Part shown: in pieces, positions 23,601-35,904 of the stretch | Position numbering within the stretch: the stretch's first letter is position 1 | Layout: each line of letters starts with the position of its first letter | Source of the DNA: Octopus sinensis | Lineage: Eukaryota | Direction: 5' to 3' | DNA: 64,000 bases | Assembly (NCBI RefSeq): GCF_006345805.1 | Contig: NC_043010.1 | Span: forward strand, 186,001 to 250,000 | The notes under the pieces: model-generated | Told to the model about the DNA's origin: nothing | Seen by the model: only the letters and a program-made list of their open reading frames with translations | Databases searched by the model: none | Made by a program: the position numbers and the translations under genes

Positions 23601-25372
23601 CAGCTGGCTCCAAGCTATACGTGTTGTTATCTGTGACTAGACAGTGAAATTTTGTTCTGTGTAAAGTGATTAATATCGCGCGAGGCGTTTGCCTCCACGT
23701 GTGGAAACTTTCCGAAGAAGGTGAATTGACCATCTAGTCATTGCGACTTACGCGGGGGTCACGGGAAAAAAAAATAATGATTCGTCGATAATCGTGAAGG
23801 ATGTTTTCTTTGAGAAGAGTAAACTCAAAGAATATGAAAAGCTCTTCAAAAGGGAGGGTGATAGCGTGAAGCTAATCCCCCCCGCGAAAGCAAAAGAGGA
23901 CAAAGAAAACAAACAGTGACATATAGAACCCAAGACAAAAATACGAAGAAACTGGCAAGAGTGGAGATAGCCGAAATCGAAAAATGTCTGGGAGACATAA
24001 TGGGGAAATCAACCTACGTGAGTAGAGGCAGAAATTTGGTACGGTGGAGGTGAGATGTGCAACGGAAGAAATTGCAGCCTCACTGGCTACCACTGTACTA
24101 AGAGCCGAAAAATTTATAATGTGGCCCTCATACAGGGGAAGAAGAGGGGTCCGGGTTAGAATCCCGAATATACCCCCAGAAGTGAAAACAGAATGGCTGG
24201 CAACAGCTATTCTAGGAGCAGCAGAAGAGGAAGTGGAGGTGGAATCCTTTAAGGAGTCCAACGCGATAAACTGGAGAGGATATGGGGTAGAACTGTGTTT
24301 GATGGCCACAAAAGAGGACATTGAAAGGTTCCCCTACAGAATAGAAATTGAAGATGAAAAAACCCTCAGTGTAATTGTAGAGGGAAGAAAACCCAACTGT
24401 TACTTGTGCGGGACAAGGGGGCACATTAAAAAAGAGTGCCCGTTATACGAATTCGTAGCGGAGTGCGAGCAGGAACTTGAAGAAAAGAAGAATACGGTGA
24501 ATGAAAAAGAAAACATAGAAAAGGAAACAAAACAACAAGAGAAAGGAAATAATAAGTCAATGAAGGAAAAAGAAATAAAAGAAATAGAACCAAAACAGAG
24601 TCAGGAAAAAAAAAGGAAAAAGAAACAACAGGAAAAAAACAAGAGAGAGATCAGAATCAAACGAAAAGAAAAGACGGCACACAAAAAGAAAAAGAAAAGG
24701 AACATAAAACACGAGAGAAAGAGAGAACAGACAAAGAACCAAAAAGACAAGAGAAGGAAGAAGAAAGAAAAGAAGGCAAAAAGAGAGAAAGAGAGAAACA
24801 AAGAGAGGAGAACAAGGAAGAAATAAGCCCGAAAAGAAAAACGAGGGAAAACGTAGGACGGAAACAAGATTACTGCTTCTACAAGTTAGTAACCTTCCAT
24901 TTCTGCCCTGAAATGAAAGAATTGACATGTAACACGGAGGGACATATATGGGTCAACAGGATGACCGATCAGGGGCAGGAGACTGCTCTAATCCCCGAAG
25001 AAAGAGGCGCTGAGTTCCTCAGAGCTGCCGGAGAGAGTGTAATATTTTACACGAGTGTTCGAGTGAGAGAGCGGCTGCCTGAGGGCTCAGTGATTGACTT
25101 TAGAGAATTGAAAGCTATTATGGAATACGTATAGAATTGTGAGAAGAGAGAGAAGAAAGAAGAAAAAAGAAAATATTGTGAAATATATGTGACGAAAATG
25201 TAACCTCTCGATTCCGGGGATCGAGTGGGCATTTACATCTCATTGTAATATTCTTTCATATGTCATTTTTTACTTTTATTTTTTCCTTTTCTTGTCATTC
25301 GCTTTCTTATTTTAAGTTCCCCGATTGTATTGTCCCCTCTATGTTCGCCCCTTGTGGGTAATAATAAAATCA
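23601..25372 (+). mobile_element. Array unit A2, ORF1-only element (1772 bp)
   Basis: Near-identical tandem copy. ORF piece 24044-24826 has RRM-like segments, the CYLCGTRGHIKKEC knuckle and a K/E-rich linker. The start ATG is altered. Confidence 0.9.
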
Positions 25373-27139
25373 CAGCTGGCTCCAAGCTATACGTGTTGTT
25401 ATCTGTGACTAGACAGTGAAATTTTGTTCTGTGTAAAGTGATTAATATCGCGCGAGGCGTTTGCCTCCACGTGTGGAAACTTCCGAAGAAGGTGAATTGA
25501 CCCTCTAGTCATGGCGACTTACGCGGGGGTCACGGGAAAAAAAATAATGATTCGTCGATAATCGTGAAGGATGTTTTCTTTGAGAAGAGTAAACTCAAAG
25601 AATATGAAAAGCTCTTCAAAAGGGAGGGTGATAGCGTGAAGCTAATCCCCCCCGCGAAAGCAAAAGAGGACAAAGAAAACAAACAGTGACATATAGAACC
25701 CAAGACAAAAATACGAAGAAACTGGCAAGAGTGGAGATAGCCGAAATCGAAAAATGTCTGGGAGACATAATGGGGAAATCAACCTACGTGAGTAGAGGCA
25801 AGAAATTTGGTACGGTGGAGGTGAGATGTGCAACGGAAGAAATTGCAGCCTCACTGGCTACCACTGTACTAAGAGCCGAAAAATTTATAATGTGGCCCTC
25901 ATACAGGGGAAGAAGAGGGGTCCGGGTTAGAATCCCGAATATACCCCCAGAAGTGAAAACAGAATGGCTGGCAACAGCTATTCTAGGAGCAGCAGAAGAG
26001 GAAGTGGAGGTGGAATCCTTTAAGGAGTCCAACGCGATAAACTGGAGAGGATATGGGGTAGAACTGTGTTTGATGGCCACAAAAGAGGACATTGAAAGGT
26101 TCCCCTACAGAATAGAAATTGAAGATGAAAAAACCCTCAGTGTAATTGTAGAGGGAAAAACCCAACTGTTACTTGTGCGGGACAAGGGGGCACATTAAAA
26201 AAGAGTGCCCGTTATACGAATTCGTAGCGGAGTGCGAGCAGGAACTTGAAGAAAAGAAGAATACGGTAAATGAAAAAGAAAACATAGAAAAGGAACAAAA
26301 CAACAAGAGAAAGGAAATAATAAGTCAATGAAGGAAAAAGAAATAAAAGAAATAGAACCAAAACAGAGTCAGGAAAAAAAAAGGAAAAAGAAACAACAGG
26401 AAAAAAACAAGAGAGAGATCAGAATCAAACGAAAAGAAAAGACGGCACACAAAAAGAAAAAGAAAAGGAACATAAAACACGAGAGAAAGAGAGAACAGAC
26501 AAAGAACCAAAAAGACAAGAGAAGGAAGAAGAAAGAAAAGAAGGCAAAAAGAGAGAAAGAGAGAAACAAAGAGAGGAGAACAAGGAAGAAATAAGCCCGA
26601 AAAGAAAAACGAGGGAAAACGTAGGACGGAAACAAGATTACTGCTTCTACAAGTTAGTACCTTCCATTTCTGCCCTGAAATGAAAGATTGACATGTAATA
26701 CGGAGGGACATATATGGGTCAACAGGATGACCGATCAGGGGCAGGAGACTGCTCTAATCCCCGAAGAAAGAGTCGCTGAGTTCCTCAGAGCTGCCGGAGA
26801 GAGTGTAATATTTTACACGAGTGTTCGAGTGAGAGAGCGGCTGCCTGAGGGCTCAGTGATTGACTTTAGAGAATTGAAAGCTATTATGGAATACGTATAG
26901 AATTGTGAGAAGAGAGAGAAGAAAGAAGAGAAAAAAGAAAATATTGTGAAATATATGTGACGAAAATGTAACCTCTCGATTCCGGGGATCGAGTGGGCAT
27001 TTACATCTCATTGTAAATATTCTTTCATATGTCATTTTTTACTTTTATTTTTTCCTTTTCTTGTCATTCGCTTTCTTATTTTAAGTTCCCCGATTGTATT
27101 GTCCCCTCTATGTTCGCCCCTTGTGGGTAATAATAAAAT
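25373..27139 (+). mobile_element. Array unit A3, ORF1-only element (1767 bp)
   Basis: Tandem copy with ATG at 25511 and 1-nt frameshifts in homopolymer runs. Confidence 0.9.
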
Positions 27140-28916
27140 CAGCTGGCTCCAAGCTATACGTGTTGTTATCTGTGACTAGACAGTGAAACTTTGTTCTGTG
27201 TAAATTGATTATTATCGCGCGAGGCGTTTGCCTCCACGTGTGGAAACGTTCCGAAGAAGGTGAATTGACCCTCTAGTCATGACGACTTACGCGGGGGTCA
27301 CGGGGAAAAAAATAATGATTCGTCGATAATCGTGAAGGATGTTTTCTTTGAGAAGAGTAAACTCAAAGAATATGAAAAGCTCTTCAAAAGGGAGGGTGAT
27401 AGCGTGAAGCTAATCCCCCCCGCGAAAGCAAAAGAGGACAAAGAAAACAAGACAGTGACATATAGAACCCAAGACAAAAATACAAGAAACTGGCAAGAGT
27501 GGAGATAGCCGAAATCGAAAAATGTCTGGGAGACATAATGGGGAAATCAACCTACGTGAGTAGAGGCAAGAAATTTGGTACGGTGGAGGTGAGATGTGCA
27601 ACGGAAGAAATTGCAGCCTCACTGGCTACCACTGTACTAAGAGCCGAAAAATTTATAATGTGGCCCTCATACAAGGGAAGAAGAGGGGTCCGGGTTAAAA
27701 TCCCGAATATACCCCCAGAAGTGAAAACAGAATGGCTGGCAACAGCTATTCTAGGAGCAGCAGAAGAGGAAGTGGAGGTGGAATCTTTTAAGGAGTCCAA
27801 CGCGGTAAACTGGAGAGGATATGGGGTAGAACTGTGTTTGATGGCCACAAAAGAGGACATTGAAAGGTTCCCCTACAGAATAGAATTGAAGATGAAAAAC
27901 CCTCAGTGTAATTGTAGAGGGAAGAAAACCCAACTGTTACTTGTGCGGGACAAGGGGGCACATTAAAAAAGAGTGCCCGTTATACGAATTCGTAGCGGAG
28001 TGCGAGCAGGAACTTGAAGAAAAGAAGAATACGGTAAATGAAAAAGAAAACATAGAAAAGGAAACAAAACAACAAGAGAAAGGAAATAATAAGTCAATGA
28101 AGGAAAAAGAAATAAAAGAAAAGAAAGAAATAGAACCAAAACAGAGTCAGGAAAAAAAAAGGAAAAAGAAACAACAGGAAAAAAACAAGAGAGAGATCAG
28201 AATCAAACGAAAAGAAAAGACGGCACACAAAAAGAAAAAGAAAAGGAACATAAAACACGAGAGAAAGAGAGAACAGACAAAGAACCAAAACACAAGAGAA
28301 AGAAGGAGAAGAAAAGAAGGCAAAAAGAGAGAAAGAGAGAAACAAAGAGAGGAGAACAAGGAAGAAATAAGCCCGAAAAGAAAAATGAAGGAAAACGTAG
28401 GACGGAAACAAGATTACTGCTTCTACAAGTTAGTAACCTTCCATTTCTGCCCTGAAATGAAAGAATTGACATGTAATACGGAGGGACATATATGGGTCAA
28501 CAGGATGACCGATCAGTGGCAGGAGACTGCTCTAATCCCCGAAGAAAGAGTCGCTGAGTTCCTCAGAGCTGCCGGAGAGAGTGTAACGTTTTACACGAGT
28601 GTTCGAGTGAGAGAGCGGCTGCCTGAGGGCTCAGTGATGGACTTTAGAGAATTGAAAGCTATCATGGAATATGTATAGAATTGTGAGAAGAGAGAGAAGA
28701 AAGAGAGAAAAAAGAAAATATTGTGAAATATATGTGACGAAAATGTAACCTCTCGATTCCGGGGATCGAGTGGGCATTTACATCTCATTGTAAATATTCT
28801 TTCATATGTCATTTTTTACTTTTATTTTTTCCTTTTCTTGTCATTCGCTTTCTTATTTTAAGTTCCCCGATTGTATTGTCCCCTCTATGTTCGCCCCTTG
28901 TGGGTAATAATAAAAT
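27140..28916 (+). mobile_element. Array unit A4, ORF1-only element (1777 bp)
   Basis: Tandem copy with ATG at 27279. ORF piece 27941-28678 runs to the IMEYV stop. Confidence 0.9.
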
Positions 28917-29142
28917 CAGCTGGCTCCAAGCTATTTTTGCGTTTATTAGTAAGTTGATATATTTTTGCTCTCGTACTATTATCTCTGTTATTATATACTG
29001 GTCTACCTGTTTTGTCTATTGTTGTCTAACTGACGAAGTCAGCCTTCGCGCGAAGTCTTCGCGTTGGTGTTCCCCCCTCAGTGGGGGAAAACTACAATTT
29101 ATTTTGGATTTACCAAAGGCTTGTTAAAGCCATTTGTTCAAG

Positions 29143-30517
29143 ATGGAGTCCCCCATCTCTTATTCGCCCGTGACGAGCGAGGATGAATACCCGGCGTTGT
29201 CGCCAAGTAAAAAAGAGGCGTTGTCGCCAAGAAAAAAAGAGGCGTTGTCGCCGAAGAAAAAAGAGGCGGCGTCGCCCAAGAAAATGGAAAAACCAGTACC
29301 AGCATCAACTCCAGCAAAAAAATTCGCTGAAGTGGCTGGGAAAAAGATCAAAAAAATAAATATAGAAAATTAAAAAAAATTTGCAGACTGCGTAAAAAAA
29401 GAAGGCACAGAAGTTACTGTGGCCACAAACATACAAATACATGACGATATAGAGAAAAAAAGAATAATATATAAAACTTACGACACAACGAAAAAAATGA
29501 TCCAAAAAATCGAAGAAAAAAAAATAGAGTCTTGTCTAAAACCTTTTATGGATAAAATAACGTATATAAACAGAGGAAAAAGATACGGCACAGTGGAGGT
29601 GCGTTTTACTACGGAGGAGATAGCGAAGAAACTATCGATGGAGCCGATCAAAGCGGAAAACATTGTCTTACTACCATTGTATAAAGGAAAAAGGACATCG
29701 AAAATTTCAATGAACAACATACCGCCAGAGGCAGATGCTGAATGTCTGGTGGCAGCAGTGATGGTAGGTTTGGAGGAAAAAATAAACATCCTCCAGGCCA
29801 CAGTGGAGGAAGAGGAGTTTTGGAAAGGGCAGAAAATAGTGATAGCCATTCAGGCGGAGGTGCAAACACTGGAAGAAATTCCAGAAACGGTAAAGATTAG
29901 TGAAGACGAGAAAATAACAGTTTTCGTGGAGGGCAGGAAGCCGAGGTGCTTCGGCTGCGGCATGAAGGGTCATGTAAGGGCGGAATGCCAACCCCAACCC
30001 AAACCGCAGGAAGCACCTAAGCCAAAAGAAAAAGAAGATAATGTGTCACCAGAAGCAGCGTCGGACGGCCCAGAAGGGAAGACTGAAGGTGTGGAGGTGA
30101 CGGTGACAGCAGAACCAGCGGCGGAGGAAAAAAAGAGCGAGGAAAATAAATGAGGAGGGGTGGGCAAAAATTACCGGAAAAAAAAAGAAAAACGGAAACC
30201 ACCCCTCCCAGAGTAATTTTAAAAAAGTAAAAAGAGTCAATGAACTCGTATATGGCCGTAAGGCAGCAAATAGCAGACTCGGAAACGTGTTGGCAGCCAT
30301 GGCCAAAGTGGAGAAAGTAGTGAAAAAAAACGACTTTGTAATTTACAGAATAGGCCGGAAGGATTACGGGCGGATAAATTCAGAATTCTTCCATGACGTA
30401 GGCCCACTTAGATTGGATGTGACATCTCCACATATATTCGAGGGCCTACGTCAGACTCCCCCACGAGGCCCAGAAAAAGAGTTAGAAGAACAAGAGAAAA
30501 CCGAACCACTGATATAA
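29143..30517 (+). pseudogene. B1 ORF1 (SPKK repeats, RRM-like segments, CCHC knuckle), frameshifted
   Basis: Pieces 29134-29373, 29419-30153 and 30287-30517. Knuckle CFGCGMKGHVRAEC. Confidence 0.85.
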
Positions 30518-30525
30518 GGTAAGTA

Positions 30526-33500
30526 ATGGATTACATTTATGTTGGTTGTTTGAATGTGCGCGGCCTGGGAGCAGGCTGGAAGCAAGGTCGCTTCCTGCAT
30601 GATATCAGGTCGCGTAATTTAGATGTTATTGTTGCTACAGAAACCCGGTTAGAGGGGCAAGAGGTCTACTCCCGCTGTTTGACGGCTACGAGAGTTTTTT
30701 CTCTCCTGGCAGTCCTACAGGCGGAGTGGGTGTTGGTCCTATTAAAAAGAAACCGGGTTTCTGAGAAAAAGTTAATTTTTGCAGATCCAGAAGGTAGGCT
30801 GGTCGTCATGGATTTGACGTTCAGTAATGGTAAAGTTATCAGACTGGTTGCAATTTACGCACCCAACCATACAGGGCAAAGTGATTATTTTCGTGAACTA
30901 GAAAACTTTCTTGGTACTTCGCATTCATTAGTGGTGCTAGGAGACTTTAACACAATTTAGATGTAGATTATGTTGGCTCGTGTCCAGATAGAAAAGGCAA
31001 CAGTGGCTTCATGGAACTGCTAAGCCGCTTTGAGCTAGCAGATCCTTATAGGCTGGAATTTCCGAACGCTCCATTGTGGACATGGTCAAACAGCGACGGA
31101 TCTTCCAGGTCATATTTAGATAGAATACTAATTAGAAAAGTAGACAGTAAAATAGCTAAGTGTCCACAGTTTTACCCGATCAGCTACAGTGATCATAAAA
31201 TGGTCACTTGTAAGCTTGACATAGATAAGGTTAAAAATAGAGGATCCGGTTACTGGAAACTTAATACGTCCCTTTTGGCGATTAAGGAGTACAAAGACCG
31301 GATTAGGAATATAATTCAGAGGGCACTATCTGGTACCATCATTAATAACAAATGGTGGTACGCCCTCAAACGAGCCATCAAGTTTGAGTCTATTAGATAT
31401 AGCATAGGAGTAGTGGCTAGAGAGGCTAGAAGGGAAACTACTCTAGTTAAGGAATTAGAGGAAGCCATGAAAACTGGCTCTGCGGCTCAGGTGGCGTCCA
31501 AGAGACTGGTGTTAAACCAGCACCTCGAGGCCAAACACATGGGCTGCATTGTCAGGGCTAGAATCCGCCATATGGGATGTGAAGGAATCAACGCCGTGAG
31601 ATGGGCCCGAGTGGTGGAAGCTCAGCATGGTAACGATGCCACGATTCGATCTTTGACGAACCAACAAGGTGAGTTGATAAACGAACCCGAGGAGATGTGT
31701 GAGGCCTTTCAGGAGCACTTCGCTCAGCTTTTCGGTGAGTGCGGCGGACTGGATAGGAGGAGGGCCTTTACGGACCTACTCGACGGGCTGCCGCGCTTAT
31801 CGGGGCGAGATGCGGAGGGCTGTGAAGGGCCAATCACGCCTGAGGAGGTGGTTGAGGCAATGGCGGACTGCGGCGCGGGCAAGGCGCCGGGTTTGGATGG
31901 TCTACCCTATGAGTTATATAAGAGTATGCCAGACTTGTTCGGGCACCTACTGGCGGAGGTCTATGCGAACTGGCAGCAGAACGGGCTTATACCCAGATCT
32001 GTGCGCCGGGGAGTAGTGACTCTCGTCAGAAAGGACCCGAGCAAGGGGGAGTGCATTGATAATTTCAGGCCCATCACTCTGCTAAACACAGAGTTGAAGA
32101 TTTTGGCCAAAGTGTTATCGAAAAGATTGGCGCGTGTCGCGCATGGTCTGATCGGAGAGGCACAGACATGTGCCGTTCCGGGCAGATCCATTCAGGATAA
32201 TCTCCATCTAATGCGGTACACTATAGAGGGGTTTAATAGTGATTCTGGCAAGGGTGGGGCACTGGTCCATTTAGACCAATCTAAAGCTTTTGATAGGGTC
32301 GACCATCGTTACCTGGTATCTGCCCTGGCACAGTTCGGGCTGAGCCTTGGCTTCCTCAGGTGGATTATCCAAATTTATGATAACATCGACTCGGTAGTTC
32401 GGGTGAACGGCTTCTTGTCGAAGCCGTTCAAAATCAAACGCTCGGTTCGTCAAGGGTGTCCGCTCTCCCCGCTTTTGTACGTGATGGCTCTCGAGCCATT
32501 ACTGCGAAAACTGAGCGGCATCCCGAGACAGCCAGGTAATGGAAAATCAGTGTCAGCGTACGCGGATGACATCACCATCATCGTAACCGAAATGGACCAC
32601 CTATGTAAAGTAGGCAAGGCCATAGAGGTTTACGAGACGGTGACAGGAGCAAAAGTTAATCGCGAAAAGTCAGTCGGCTTGCAACTCGGCACCTGGAGAG
32701 GCAAGTCGATGCCTCCTGACGGCGTCGTGGGACGTTGGACGGAGGGTCCGATTAAACTGCTAGGGGTCTGGTTCGGTCCAGACCTCCAAATAGAGAAGAA
32801 TTGGGGCGAGGTAACGAGCAAGGTGGCTGCAGTAGCTATCCCTGAAAGGGAGGGCGGAGGTGGCCAATGTGTTTATCGCATCGGTTATCACCTACCGCCT
32901 TTCCGTCGTTCCTTGCCCTGATTCGTGGTTGATCAAGTTGGAAAGACAGCTCTTCTACTTCTTGTGGAAGGGCGGGAAACCACTTGTGAAACGCTCTACT
33001 TGCTGTCAACAACCGTTAAAGGGTGGGCTAGGGATGCCTTGGCTGATGATGCGCAGACATGCGCTGAGGTTAAGACATCTGTGGCTCTACCTGGATGGTG
33101 AACGGGTGTGGTCTTCGCTAGCAAAACTGATGTTTCCCAAGTTCACTAGTTTCGGTGGATGGGAAACCTGGCTGAATCGTAGATCGAAACTTGGTACTTG
33201 GTACACGGAGTGTCGCAAGGCTCTCCTGCTATTCCGTCGCTCGGGCAACGCCTGCGGTGGGGGTTCCACCACATTCTTCTATAGAGGGTTGGTAGAGGCG
33301 GAATGTGAAGATACCTTGGGGGAAACCCTAGGTCTCGACGATAATCAGCTGGCCAGTCTGTTCCGACGTACGTTCGAGCCGAGGACACTGGACAACTTCC
33401 AGAAGTCTCTGGCATGGCAATGCTACAGAGGAGCTCTACCTGTTCGGGATAAACTCGCAAGGCACGGTGGCCAAGACAGTCCGATATGTCCAAGATGCGG

Positions 33501-33888
33501 GCGGGATAGGGAAACCGTCCTGCACGCTATTGTTCATTGTCCGGACGTGTCTGAGGTGTGGGTTTATGCCGAACACCTGTTGTCAGGTACACGAAGAGTA
33601 CAGCTGTCGACTGAGTCGATTACAAAAATTGACCCACCGGATTTCCTCGTGAATGAAGGTAAGTTTCGTTTTCTCGTTGTAGTAGCAATTGCGAAAGAGG
33701 TGATATGGCAAACGAGAATGAAAGGTGTACAGTCAGGCAAGTTCATCTCCGGCCCTGGTTTGATGAAGTATTTCATCTTTCACCTGAAAAGGAAGATAGG
33801 GCTAGAGAGAATATGCCTGACTAGGAGAGTGTATGAAGAACGATGGAAGGATGTAGCACGAAAGTTGCGAATGAAAGATACAACATAA
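30526..33888 (+). pseudogene. B1 ORF2: APE endonuclease, reverse transcriptase, CCHC; interrupted
   Basis: CLNVRGL, ATETRL, LGDFN, YLDRIL, SDH; KAPGLDG, LDQSKAFDRVDH, RQGCPLSP, YADD; CPRCGRDRETVLHAIVHC. Small deletions near 30958 and 32837. Confidence 0.92.
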
Positions 33889-34132
33889 ATGTAATACCAA
33901 GCGCAACCAAAAGTATCAGTGGGGAGGCGGGGCTCGTGGGGTCCGAGCTAAACCCGCACCCACTCCACCCGTAATGTCTTCCGGTCTGTCCCATCATTCG
34001 ATTTCTGTCCATTTATTGTAATTCATGAAAATTTTAAATTCGATTTATTGTAAAAATCCATTCGTGTGTCTGACCCCATCATCAGATTGTATTGTCCCGT
34101 CTATGTTCGCCCCTTGTGGGTAATAATAAAAC

Positions 34133-35904
34133 AAGCTGGCTCCAAGCTATACGTGTTGTTATCTGTGACTAGACAGTGAAACTTTGTTCTGTGTAAATTG
34201 ATTATTATCGCGCGAGGCGTTTGCCTCCACGTGTGGAAACGTTCCGAAGAAGGTGAATTGACCCTCTAGTCATGGCGACTTACGCGGGGGTCACGGGAAA
34301 AAAAAATAATGATTCGTCGATAATCGTGAAGGATGTTTTCTTTGAGAAGAGTAAACTCAAAGAATATGAAAAGCTCTTCAAAAGGGAGGGTGATAGCGTG
34401 AAGCTAATCCCCCCCGCGAAAGCAAAAGAGGACAAAGAAAACAAGACAGTGACATATAGAACCCAAGACAAAAATACAAAGAAACTGGCAAGAGTGGAGA
34501 TAGCCGAAATCGAAAAATGTCTGGGAGACATAATGGGGAAATCACCTACGTGAGTAGAGGCAAGAAATTTGGTACGGTGGAGGTGAGATGTGCAACGGAA
34601 GAAATTGCAGCCTCACTGGCTACCACTGTACTAAGAGCCGAAAAATTTATAATGTGGCCCTCATACAAGGAAGAAGAGGGGTCCGGGTTAAAATCCCGAA
34701 TATACCCCCAGAAGTGAAAACAGAATGGCTGGCAACAGCTATTCTAGGAGCAGCAGAAGAGGAAGTGGAGGGGAATCCTTTAAGGAGTCCAACGCGGTAA
34801 ACTGGAGAGGATATGGGGAGAACTGTGTTTGATGGCCACAAAAGAGGACATTGAAAGGTTCCCCTACAGAATAGAAATTGAAGATGAAAAAACCCTCAGT
34901 GTAATTGTAGAGGGAAGAAAACCAAACTGTTACTTGTGCGGGACAAGGGGGCACATTAAAAAGAGTGCCCGTTATACGAATTCGTAGCGGAGTGCGAGCA
35001 GGAACTTGAAGAAAAGAAGAATACGGTAAATGAAAAAGAAAACATAGAAAAGGAAACAAAACAACAAGAGAAAGGAAATAATAAGTCAATGAAGGAAAAA
35101 GAAATAAAAGAAAAGAAAGAATAGAACCAAAACAGAGTCAGGAAAAAAAAGGAAAAAGAAACAACAGGAAAAAAACAAGAGAGAGATCAGAATCAAACGA
35201 AAAGAAAAGACGGCACAAAAAGAAAAAGAAAAGGAACATAAAACACGAGAGAAAGAGAGAACAGACAAAGAACCAAAAAGACAGAGAAAGAAGGAGAAAG
35301 AAAAGAAGGCAAAAAGAGAGAAAGAGAGAAACAAAGAGAGGAGAACAAGGAAGAAATAAGCCCGAAAAGAAAAACGAGGGAAAACGTAGGACGGAAACAA
35401 GATTACTGCTTCTACAAGTTAGTAACCTTCCATTTCTGACCTGAAATGAAAGAATTGACATGTAATACGGAGGGACATATATGGGTCAACAGGATGACCG
35501 ATCAGTGGCAGGAGACTGCTCTAATCCCCGAAGAAAGAGTCGCTGAGTTCCTCAGAGCTGCCGGAGAGAGTGTAACGTTTTACACGAGTGTTCGAGTGAG
35601 AGAGCGGCTGCCTGAGGGCTCAGTGATTGACTTTAGAGAATTGAAAGCTATTATGGAATACGTATAGAATTGTGAGAAGAGAGAAGAAGAAAGAGAAAAA
35701 AGAAAATATTGTGAAATATATGTGACGAAAATGTAACCTCTCGATTCCGGGGATCGAGTGGGCATTTACATCTCATTGTAAATATTCTTTCATATGTCAT
35801 TTTTTACTTTTATTTTTTCCTTTTCTTGTCATTCGCTTTCTTATTTTAAGTTCCCCGATTGTATTGTCCCCTCTATGTTCGCCCCTTGTGGGTAATAATA
35901 AAAT
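34133..35904 (+). mobile_element. Array unit A5, ORF1-only element (1772 bp)
   Basis: ATG at 34272 (MATYAGVTGKK). Shares diagnostic variants with A4. Confidence 0.9.

Larger units (their letters stand above)
28917..34132 (+). mobile_element. Array unit B1, full-length Tx1/L1-clade non-LTR retrotransposon
   Basis: 5' UTR, ORF1 (ATG 29143 to stop 30517), ORF2 (30526-33888), then a 3' UTR ending GCCCCTTGTGGGTAATAATAAAACA. Confidence 0.92.

Noticed and set aside
33919-33945. G-quadruplex in the B 3' UTR
   Set aside because: One tract has only two Gs, another is altered in B2, and a competing GCTCG/CGAGC hairpin is present.
22665-35461. F/L/S-rich minus-strand ORFs across the A units
   Set aside because: They are antisense shadows of the A/G-rich, K/E-coding linker.
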